A stretch of DNA of 64,000 nucleotides, taken from Candidatus Poribacteria bacterium. Its GTDB lineage: Bacteria > Poribacteria > WGA-4E > WGA-3G. The notes beneath the pieces were generated by a model that was not told where the DNA came from, did no database searches, and saw only the letters and a list, made by a program, of their open reading frames with translations. The translations under genes were made by a program, and so were the position numbers. Below are positions 56,965 through 64,000 of the stretch, piece after piece. The stretch's first letter is position 1; the number at the start of each line of letters is the position of its first letter. Location of the stretch: positions 1,376,001-1,440,000 of the forward strand of contig OZ251518.1 of NCBI GenBank assembly GCA_965242965.1. Reading direction: 5' to 3'.

Positions 56965-58086
56965 ATGAAAACGCAATTTACACTGTGCAGCTGGCTCCTT
57001 GTCTACCTCTGCTGCGCATTCGGCATCATCGGCATCAACGGTTGTGGTGGTGATGATGATGACGAAGAAGAGGTTGAAGAGGTAAAAGTAGAATTTGTCT
57101 CAGCCAGTCCTACACCGGGGAGCACCCTGGCACCCGACGCAACAATTCTCTTAACCTTTAACGGCACTCCGACAGGGGTCAGTGTGAATGAAGGGCAAGC
57201 CACGGTCACCGGTAACACCGTGACGCTATCGGGGCCGTTTCGACTTGGAGACCGAGATCTGGTTGTCACGTGGGACGATGGCAGGCAACCTTTCACCTAC
57301 ACCGTCAACGTTGAAACCCCCGAGGGCATGGTGTTCATCCCCGCCGGGGAATTCCAAATGGGCAGCATCGACGATGAAGCATCAAATAACGAACAACCCG
57401 TGCATACCGTCCACTTAGACGCATTCTTCATGGACGAATATGAAGTCACCAACTTGGAATACAAGGAATTCCTCTTGGAGAATCCGCGGTGGCAAAAAAG
57501 TCGGATTGATAAGCGATTCCACAATGGAGATTACCTCAAACACTGGAGTGGCAATAACTATCCCTCTGGCAAAGCGAACCATCCGGTAACCTATGTGAGT
57601 TGGTATGCGGCGATGGCGTATGCGGAATGGGCAGGGAAACGGCTGCCGACAGAGGCGGAATGGGAATACGCCGCACGCGGGGGCGTTGCTGGGAAAAAGT
57701 ATCCCTCAGGCAAGAACACGATTTCCACCCGCGAGGCCAACTACAAGGGTCATGTCGGGGACACTACAGCTGTCGGACGTTATGCGGCGAACGGCTACAA
57801 CCTCTACGATATGGCAGGCAATGTCTGGGAATGGTGTCTTGATGAATATGATGCCGATTTCTACTTTGTCTCTCGCAACAGTCGGAATCCGATTTCGGGT
57901 GCGCGGACGATCCAATGGATACTTGATAACTTCGCGAGTATCCCGACCAACAGTTCGCGCGTGTTGCGCGGCGGCGGTTGGCCCGGTCCAGCGCCGAATT
58001 TGCGCGTCGCCAATCGCAACGACACTACGCCAGCGTACACGGGCTCGTACAGCGGTTTTCGTTGCGCGAGGGCTGTTACACCTTAA
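56965..58086 (+). CDS. Lipoprotein with Ig-like domain and FGE-sulfatase (C-lectin fold) domain
   Basis: Lipobox INGC; IPAGEFQMG, EVTN, RLPTEAEWEYAARGG, DMAGNVWEW, RVLRGG.W, GFRC. Confidence 0.9.
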   Translation: MKTQFTLCSWLLVYLCCAFGIIGINGCGGDDDDEEEVEEVKVEFVSASPTPGSTLAPDATILLTFNGTPTGVSVNEGQATVTGNTVTLSGPFRLGDRDLVVTWDDGRQPFTYTVNVETPEGMVFIPAGEFQMGSIDDEASNNEQPVHTVHLDAFFMDEYEVTNLEYKEFLLENPRWQKSRIDKRFHNGDYLKHWSGNNYPSGKANHPVTYVSWYAAMAYAEWAGKRLPTEAEWEYAARGGVAGKKYPSGKNTISTREANYKGHVGDTTAVGRYAANGYNLYDMAGNVWEWCLDEYDADFYFVSRNSRNPISGARTIQWILDNFASIPTNSSRVLRGGGWPGPAPNLRVANRNDTTPAYTGSYSGFRCARAVTP

Positions 58087-58105
58087 CGCTTAACCGTTCA
58101 ACTAC

Positions 58106-58131
58106 CCCGGCCGCGGCGCGCCGCGGCCGGG
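58106..58131. other. Perfect 26-bp all-GC palindrome (hairpin/cruciform)
   Basis: CCCGGCCGCGGCG|CGCCGCGGCCGGG, 20 nt after the FGE stop; no U-tract. Confidence 0.9.
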
Positions 58132-58157
58132 TCCTCTTAAAAAAGGAGACATCCAAA

Positions 58158-58652
58158 ATGAACCGCAACATCATTTGCATCCTCATCGCACTGATGGTTT
58201 TAAGCATCAGTGCAATCCTCATTGCAAACCACGTTGAGGTTATCGCAAAAATCGCAAGCACCTTGAACGGAACGCCCATGACCGTCACACTCGCTGGAGA
58301 CGCTGACGATACCATTAAGACCCTCGACCTTAAAGAACTCCGGGACAACTGGGCAGACCACGACAGAAAGTTCGTCCGCTTCACAGGCACCGTCGTGTTT
58401 GTTCAAAAAGACCCTCGAACAGAAAAAGTCCGACGGTTAACATTGAAAGGAAACACAACCCACGTGTACCCGCTCGATGCACAGGACCTGCTCTTAGCAC
58501 GGCTGCTGCCCGAAACCTACGAACTCGGAAACACATACGAATTCACAGGACTCCTCATCAGAGACGGAGAACACGCACCCACGCCAAACAGCAGAAACGT
58601 GACACTCCGAATCTACGCTGTTCAGGCAAACAATCTGGGAAAAGCCAAATAA
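58158..58652 (+). CDS. Exported protein, possible OB-fold
   Basis: AAGGAG RBS; N-terminal hydrophobic helix; FVRFTGTV, VYPLD, YEFTG. Confidence 0.7.
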   Translation: MNRNIICILIALMVLSISAILIANHVEVIAKIASTLNGTPMTVTLAGDADDTIKTLDLKELRDNWADHDRKFVRFTGTVVFVQKDPRTEKVRRLTLKGNTTHVYPLDAQDLLLARLLPETYELGNTYEFTGLLIRDGEHAPTPNSRNVTLRIYAVQANNLGKAK

Positions 58653-58664
58653 GGAGAATGTCTC

Positions 58665-59210
58665 ATGAAACGCAAAACACTTTGCATCCTCATCGCGCTG
58701 GCGGTCCTCAGCCTCAGCGCACTCCTCATCGGAGATCCGCCGTGGCTCATCGGAGATGAGCCGTGGCAGGAGATCGCCGATTTTAACATCACTTTTAACA
58801 GAGTGCCCATTTCCGTGCTGCTCTATCGACCGGGACACGAACTCGCTTTTGAGGCCATGGACATCCAAGAACTACTGAAGTACTCGGACATCTATGACGG
58901 ACAGTTCGTCCGCTTCACCGGCACCGTCAATTTTGACTTTACAGATTCCCACGACAAACAGCGTCGGCGGATAGAGTTGTCAAGTTACCCATCGGTGAGT
59001 TACTCATTGGCAGGTTACCCAACTGTTAACGTGTATCCGCTCGATTTACCGAATCCCCCCAAAACCTACGAACGCGGACAAAAATACGAATTCACCGGGT
59101 TCCTCGTGCGATACGAAGAACACAGGAAGAATCAGCCGCGCGGCGAAACGAAACTCCGCGTCTACGCCTTTGACATTCGGCCCCTCGACGAAAAGGAGAA
59201 CAAGAAATGA
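58665..59210 (+). CDS. Exported protein, paralog of 58158-58652
   Basis: Shares CILIAL.VLS.SA.LI, FVRFTGTV, VYPLD, P.TYE.G..YEFTG, LR.YA. Confidence 0.75.
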   Translation: MKRKTLCILIALAVLSLSALLIGDPPWLIGDEPWQEIADFNITFNRVPISVLLYRPGHELAFEAMDIQELLKYSDIYDGQFVRFTGTVNFDFTDSHDKQRRRIELSSYPSVSYSLAGYPTVNVYPLDLPNPPKTYERGQKYEFTGFLVRYEEHRKNQPRGETKLRVYAFDIRPLDEKENKK

Positions 59211-60085
59211 AAATCCAATTCACCCGGCTCTTGTTAGCCCCGCTCCTCGTCAGCCTGCTCTTTGCGCAACCACTGCTGAGTCTCGAGCCACCACTTGTTG
59301 AAGGCATGCGGCTCATTCCACCTGGCACATTCCAAATGGGCAGCGACGATGAGGACGCGGACGATGACGAACAGCCCGTGCATACTGTCTACTTGGACGC
59401 ATTCTTCATGGACATATACGAAGTCACGAACGCACAGTTCAAGACGTTCGTCGACGCAAATCCGCAGTGGTCAAAAGACAACATTGCGGACAAGTTCCAC
59501 GATGGCCGTTACCTCGCTCACTGGACTGGCACTGACTATCCCCCCGGAAAAGCAGAACATCCGGTGACTTTTGTGAGTTGGTACGCAGCGATGGCGTATG
59601 CAGAATGGGCCGGCAAACGACTCCCGACAGAAGCAGAATGGGAATACGCCGCACGCGGCGGACTCGACGGAAAGAAGTATCCCTGGGGCAACACGATTTC
59701 CCCCAACGATGCAAACTACGATAGGCATGTCGCTCATCCGACAGCCGTTGGGAATTATCCGCCGAACGGCTATGAGTTATACGACATGGCAGGCAATGTG
59801 TGGGAATGGTGTCTGGATAAATACGATGCCGATTTCTACCACGTCACCCTTAACAGTCGGAATCCGGTTTCTGTTTCGGGTGGGCAGCCGCTGGCGTGGC
59901 TGCTTGAAAACTTCAAGCAGCTTCAGGGAGACCGCGTGTTGCGCGGCGGCTCGTGGAACAACTTCGCGCAGTTCATGCGTGTCGCTAATCGCAACGGGTT
60001 TACACCCACGAACACGATCGACCGCGTCGGTTTTCGTTGCGTGATGGATGCAGTGCTGTTGGAAAACGGTGTTTTAGGTCCGTAG
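59207..60085 (+). CDS. Secreted FGE-sulfatase (C-lectin fold) domain protein
   Basis: Same FGE motifs; RVLRGGSWNN...RVANR...GFRC. Confidence 0.9.
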   Translation: MKIQFTRLLLAPLLVSLLFAQPLLSLEPPLVEGMRLIPPGTFQMGSDDEDADDDEQPVHTVYLDAFFMDIYEVTNAQFKTFVDANPQWSKDNIADKFHDGRYLAHWTGTDYPPGKAEHPVTFVSWYAAMAYAEWAGKRLPTEAEWEYAARGGLDGKKYPWGNTISPNDANYDRHVAHPTAVGNYPPNGYELYDMAGNVWEWCLDKYDADFYHVTLNSRNPVSVSGGQPLAWLLENFKQLQGDRVLRGGSWNNFAQFMRVANRNGFTPTNTIDRVGFRCVMDAVLLENGVLGP

Positions 60086-60400
60086 GACCTTAATGTCTAT
60101 AGCACCGTCGGTACGCATCAAACCGAGGTCCTTTAGGTCCTCAATTCTTCACGGAGTGTCGGCTAGGCATTGCGGGAAACAAGTTATTCTCACATCGGGC
60201 TGCAAAGTATCTTCCGGACATTAAGGTCCTAACGGGCCTTGAAAATGGTGACAGGCACGTTTTTCTATAGACATGTAGGACCTAAAGGACCTAAAGAAAC
60301 GGTTGAGCCAAATACCTCATCATCCTGAAAATCTTGTGAATCTTGCAAATCCTGCTTCAGACACCTGAGCGATCGCGGGGGACAGGCCCCCGCGCTACGG
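60075..60400. repeat. Four-box palindromic element, 9-nt repeat element and REP
   Basis: AGGTCCGTAGGACCTTAATGTCTATAG ... CTATAGACATGTAGGACCTAAAGGACCT; AATCCTGCTTCAGACA. Confidence 0.75.
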
Positions 60401-60449
60401 GACTAAGGCACCCTCGCGCTGCCTCGCTACGAAAAAAAGGAGAATCCAC

Positions 60450-61361
60450 ATGAACAACCGAACACGTCTTTTCTATTTCTTAACCCTAATCCTGTGCCTC
60501 GGGGCGACAGCGATGAACTATGGACAAGCCGTTGCCGAAGAACCCGCAATGGAGATTTCCGCACCCGACAGGATGGTGCTTATCCCCGCCGGGGAATTCC
60601 AGATGGGCAGCAACGACGATGAGGCAGACGCGGATGAACAGCCCGTGCATACCGTCCACATTGACGCCTTCTTCATGGATACCTACGAGGTGACAAACGC
60701 ACAATACAAGGCGTTCATCGACGCAAACCCGCAATGGCAAAAGGACAACATTGAGGACGAATTCCACCGGGGTTTTTACCTCTACTTCTGGGATGGCACT
60801 AACTACCCCGCCGGGAAAGCGAACTATCCGGTGACGCAGGTGAGTTGGTATGCCGCCATGGCGTATGCAGAATGGGCCGGCAAGCGGCTGCCAACGGAAG
60901 CCGAGTGGGAATATGCCGCCCGCGGTGGGCTTGCGGGACAAAAGTATCCCTGGGGCAATACCATTTCCCCCACTGATGCAAACTACGATGAGAGTGTCGG
61001 TGAGGCGACAGCCGTTGGACAGTCCGCGGCGAATGGGTATGGGTTATACGACATGGCGGGGAATGTGTGGGAATGGTGTCTAGATGAATATGATGCCGAT
61101 GTCTACGCTGCGTATCAGAATAGCCGGAATCCCCTCGCTGGTGGACAGACGCTGCAATGGCTTCTTGAGAACTTCACAAGTATCCATACCAGTAGCGCGC
61201 GGGTGTTGCGTGGCGGTTCGTGGCTCAGCGTCGCCCAGGTCTTGCGTGTCTCCAATCGCTTTCTGGAGGCTTCAGATGCAAACCATTACAAAACCTCTTC
61301 GCCTTTTCTTGACGGCAGTTTTGTGCGCCGTTTTGATGACAAGCTGCGGAGAAGACGATGA
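60450..61361 (+). CDS. Secreted FGE-domain protein lacking the terminal GFRC strand (3'-truncated)
   Basis: FGE motifs up to RVSNR, then reads through the RBS and start of the next gene in another frame. Confidence 0.75.
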   Translation: MNNRTRLFYFLTLILCLGATAMNYGQAVAEEPAMEISAPDRMVLIPAGEFQMGSNDDEADADEQPVHTVHIDAFFMDTYEVTNAQYKAFIDANPQWQKDNIEDEFHRGFYLYFWDGTNYPAGKANYPVTQVSWYAAMAYAEWAGKRLPTEAEWEYAARGGLAGQKYPWGNTISPTDANYDESVGEATAVGQSAANGYGLYDMAGNVWEWCLDEYDADVYAAYQNSRNPLAGGQTLQWLLENFTSIHTSSARVLRGGSWLSVAQVLRVSNRFLEASDANHYKTSSPFLDGSFVRRFDDKLRRRR

Positions 61362-62409
61362 AAAAGAAATCGTTGAACCGGCGGTGTTCAAAAGCACATC
61401 ACCGCTTGAAGGTGCAGATATCGCCATTGACGAGATAATCACCGTTGAATTTGACAACTCGCCCGAGGGCGTGCGCGTCAGCATAGGACGTGCGATAACC
61501 GTCGACAACACGGTGAACATTCGGGGCGGCTTTGACTCGGGTCCCCTCTCCCTAGAAATCTCTTGGGAAAACGGCCCAGGCGGGGATGCAGCGAAAAAGA
61601 TGCTCTCCTACACCGTCATCGCACCGGATATCGAGTTGGAGGTGCTAATCCCCGCTGGCGAGTTCCAGATGGGCAGCAACAGCGACGATGAAGCAGAGCG
61701 AGATGAACAGCCTGTCCATACTGTCTACGTTGACGCGTTCTATATGGATGCTCACGAGGTGACGAACTTGGAGTACCGGCAGTTCCTATTAGAAAACCCA
61801 TCGTGGCAAAAAACGCGTATTGATGCAAACTTCCACGATGGCGCATACCTCAAAGATTGGGTAGGAAACGAGTTCCCAAGCGGCAAAGGTTACCATCCGG
61901 TAACCTACGTGAGTTGGTATGCCGCCATGGCGTATGCGCAATGGGCCGGGAAACGGCTGCCAACCGAGGCCGAGTGGGAATACGCCGCACGCGGCGGCCT
62001 AGTCGGAAAAAAGTATCCCTGGGGCGATACCTATGATGCCACTCAGGTGAACCACGGCGGATCCAGCACGACGGTTATCGGGAAGTATCCTGCCAACGGC
62101 GGGCTATACGACATGGCTGGGAATGTTGTGGAGTGGTGCCTAGATGGCTACCGTCAGAATTTCTATGCTCAATCGCCGCGTCTGAATCCACTGGCGGGTG
62201 AATACACGTTGGAAACGCTTCTGGAGAACTTCGTCAGAATTCCAAATGACCCCGAGGCTTTTCGCGTGGTGCGCGGGGGGACTTGGATCTTTGGTACAGA
62301 AGTCCGCCGCGTTTCGGAACGGTGGCTAGCTTCTGCTGGATACTCAGGGGACTATGAAAACAAAGGCGGCATTCTCGGTTTTCGGTGTGTGCGGCCTACG
62401 ACTAGGTAA
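61276..62409 (+). CDS. Lipoprotein with Ig-like and FGE-sulfatase domains
   Basis: GGAGG RBS, MQTITK...LMTSC lipobox; FGE motifs; RVVRGGTW...LGFRC. Confidence 0.88.
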   Translation: MQTITKPLRLFLTAVLCAVLMTSCGEDDEKEIVEPAVFKSTSPLEGADIAIDEIITVEFDNSPEGVRVSIGRAITVDNTVNIRGGFDSGPLSLEISWENGPGGDAAKKMLSYTVIAPDIELEVLIPAGEFQMGSNSDDEAERDEQPVHTVYVDAFYMDAHEVTNLEYRQFLLENPSWQKTRIDANFHDGAYLKDWVGNEFPSGKGYHPVTYVSWYAAMAYAQWAGKRLPTEAEWEYAARGGLVGKKYPWGDTYDATQVNHGGSSTTVIGKYPANGGLYDMAGNVVEWCLDGYRQNFYAQSPRLNPLAGEYTLETLLENFVRIPNDPEAFRVVRGGTWIFGTEVRRVSERWLASAGYSGDYENKGGILGFRCVRPTTR

Positions 62410-62665
62410 TCCCCTTCCACTTCCGGAGCCCAAGTTCGCCTGAGCCCGAATTTGCGTGTGTTCTCATGAAAATTGTGAAGTATGTCGCGGCAGAAAACAA
62501 CTGATTTTATCGGATAGACGCAAAACAATACCGTGCGGTACGGGGTGGAAACGGGCATGCAGGAAAGCCCGCAGCCGTAAACCAAGTCCACCGCACGCGT
62601 TCTCGATTTGATAGGTATCACTTCTAAATTATCTGAACGTTTTCATCTATAAACGGAGGAATCTC

Positions 62666-64000
62666 ATGAAAAGATTAACGGCCTACGCCGCTTCATTGAT
62701 TCTCTTTTTTCTCGCGTTTGCCCAATTTGTGCAGGCGCAAGGCATCGTTGTCACGCGCCCACCGAACATCCCACAAGTGGAGCCGCTTACGCTTGAACAC
62801 CACTATGTGAGTGTCTCAATCGACAACCAACTCGCCGTGACGAAGATCGACCAGGTTTTTGCAAACCCGAACGACTTGCAGCTGGAAGGCACCTATCTCT
62901 TCCCACTTGCCGATGATGTTGCCGTTTCAGACTTCGTGCTTTACATCGATGGCAAGCCCGTTACGGCGGCACTGCTTCAGAAGGACGAGGCGCGGGATGT
63001 CTACGAAGGCATCGTCCGTGCATCGCAAGATCCAGCACTGCTGGAATATGTCGGCCGCGGTGTATTTCAAGCACGGGTGTTTCCCATCCCGCCAAACGGG
63101 GAAAGACGCATCCAATTGGAATATGCACAGATTCTCAAAACCGATGCAGAACTCGCAAAGTATACTTACCCTTTGCGAACAGAAAAATTCACCCCGAATC
63201 CTGTCGGGAACGTTGCTGTCTCTTTGGAAATTGAGAGCCCGCATCCGCTCACAACCATCTACTCGCCCTCGCACAACGTCGCAATTCGCCGGGAGCACGC
63301 GAGGCACGCGAGTGTCAGTTATGAGGGTGCAAATGTCTCAGCACCCCGCGATTTCGTCTGTTACTATTCGGTTTCAGACAAAGATGTCAGCATGAGTCTC
63401 CTCACCCACCGCGGCACGCCGGACGCGGCTGGGTATTTCCTGCTCCTCATCTCGCCGAAATACGATGTGAAGAAAACCGACATCCTTGAAAAGGATTTCA
63501 TCTTCGTGCTGGACCGGTCGGGCAGCATGGAGGGTGAAAAGATTGAGCAGGCTAAGGCGGCACTCCGCTTCTGCATGCGTAATCTGAACGATGGAGACCG
63601 GTTTAACCTCATCTCGTTCCATACGGATGTTGAACCTTTCTCCGAGAAACTGGTTCCAGTAAAGGACAAACGTGAGGAGGCACTCGCGTTCATCAGCCAC
63701 ATTGATGCCCAGGGCGGTACCAACATCAACGATGCCCTTCTGACAGCCCTCGCAGCCGAGCCTGATGCAGCGCGGCCGCGTATTCTTGTTTTCTTGACAG
63801 ACGGTGAACCTACGTCCGGTGAAACGGAGCCGGTGCGCATCCTCAAAAACGTTTCGGATGCCAACCACAGACAGGGAAGACAGGCACGCATTTTTGTCTT
63901 CGGTGTAGGTGGCGATGTCAACGTTCAGCTGCTTGATAAAATCGCGGAACAAAATGGCGGCACACGTCAGTATGTTTCCCCACAGGAAAACCTTGAAATT
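62666..64000 (+). CDS. Secreted VIT + VWA domain protein (3' end outside window)
   Basis: Manual translation from ATG at 62666 (GGAGG RBS): MKRLTAYAASLIL...QVFANPND..LEGTYLFPL (VIT); FVLDRSGSM (MIDAS), GGTNI, FLTDG, FVFGVG. Confidence 0.9.
   Translation, partial: MKRLTAYAASLILFFLAFAQFVQAQGIVVTRPPNIPQVEPLTLEHHYVSVSIDNQLAVTKIDQVFANPNDLQLEGTYLFPLADDVAVSDFVLYIDGKPVTAALLQKDEARDVYEGIVRASQDPALLEYVGRGVFQARVFPIPPNGERRIQLEYAQILKTDAELAKYTYPLRTEKFTPNPVGNVAVSLEIESPHPLTTIYSPSHNVAIRREHARHASVSYEGANVSAPRDFVCYYSVSDKDVSMSLLTHRGTPDAAGYFLLLISPKYDVKKTDILEKDFIFVLDRSGSMEGEKIEQAKAALRFCMRNLNDGDRFNLISFHTDVEPFSEKLVPVKDKREEALAFISHIDAQGGTNINDALLTALAAEPDAARPRILVFLTDGEPTSGETEPVRILKNVSDANHRQGRQARIFVFGVGGDVNVQLLDKIAEQNGGTRQYVSPQENLEI

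Noticed and set aside
61084-61275. ORF-track start of the last FGE gene
   Set aside because: It overlaps the previous gene in another frame; the RBS and lipoprotein signal point to ATG 61276.
56965-62409. Complete DGR or true formylglycine-generating enzymes
   Set aside because: No reverse transcriptase or non-coding template repeat is visible in the window, and the catalytic Cys motif of FGE is absent.
62859-63952. ORF-track ORFs in the last 1.2 kb
   Set aside because: They are alternative-frame or antisense shadows of the VIT-VWA gene that starts at 62666 and runs off the window.

Overview
This 64-kb window is bacterial chromosome, probably Candidatus Poribacteria or a similar host-associated lineage. 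That is an inference from the WD40/LRR/TPR proteins with dockerin-like and NYPNPFNPETWIPYQL C-termini, the FGE-domain paralogs and the dense GTAG-type REP repeats. Main observations: (1) 13 head-to-tail, mosaic paralogs, each exactly 606 nt, encode PD-(D/E)XK-like proteins (7756-16017). They have their own promoter, lie directly downstream of a fused nuclease-methyltransferase gene, and two more copies sit at 48-49 kb. (2) A ~5.45-kb segment carrying an LRR-metzincin gene is bounded by inverted ends and an 8-bp direct repeat, and it appears to split a membrane protein/PspA-like/hypothetical/AAA-ATPase operon. (3) Four FGE/C-lectin-fold genes have DGR-like variable 3' ends, one followed by a perfect 26-bp GC palindrome; no reverse transcriptase is seen in the window. 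(4) Three tandem sigma70 promoters fire into a ~600-nt, apparently structured, ORF-poor region. (5) REP elements are inserted in frame in genes and supply stop codons. The rest is metabolic or envelope genes. No rRNA, tRNA, CRISPR or transposase gene was recognised. All calls come from reading motifs by eye; no database search was run.
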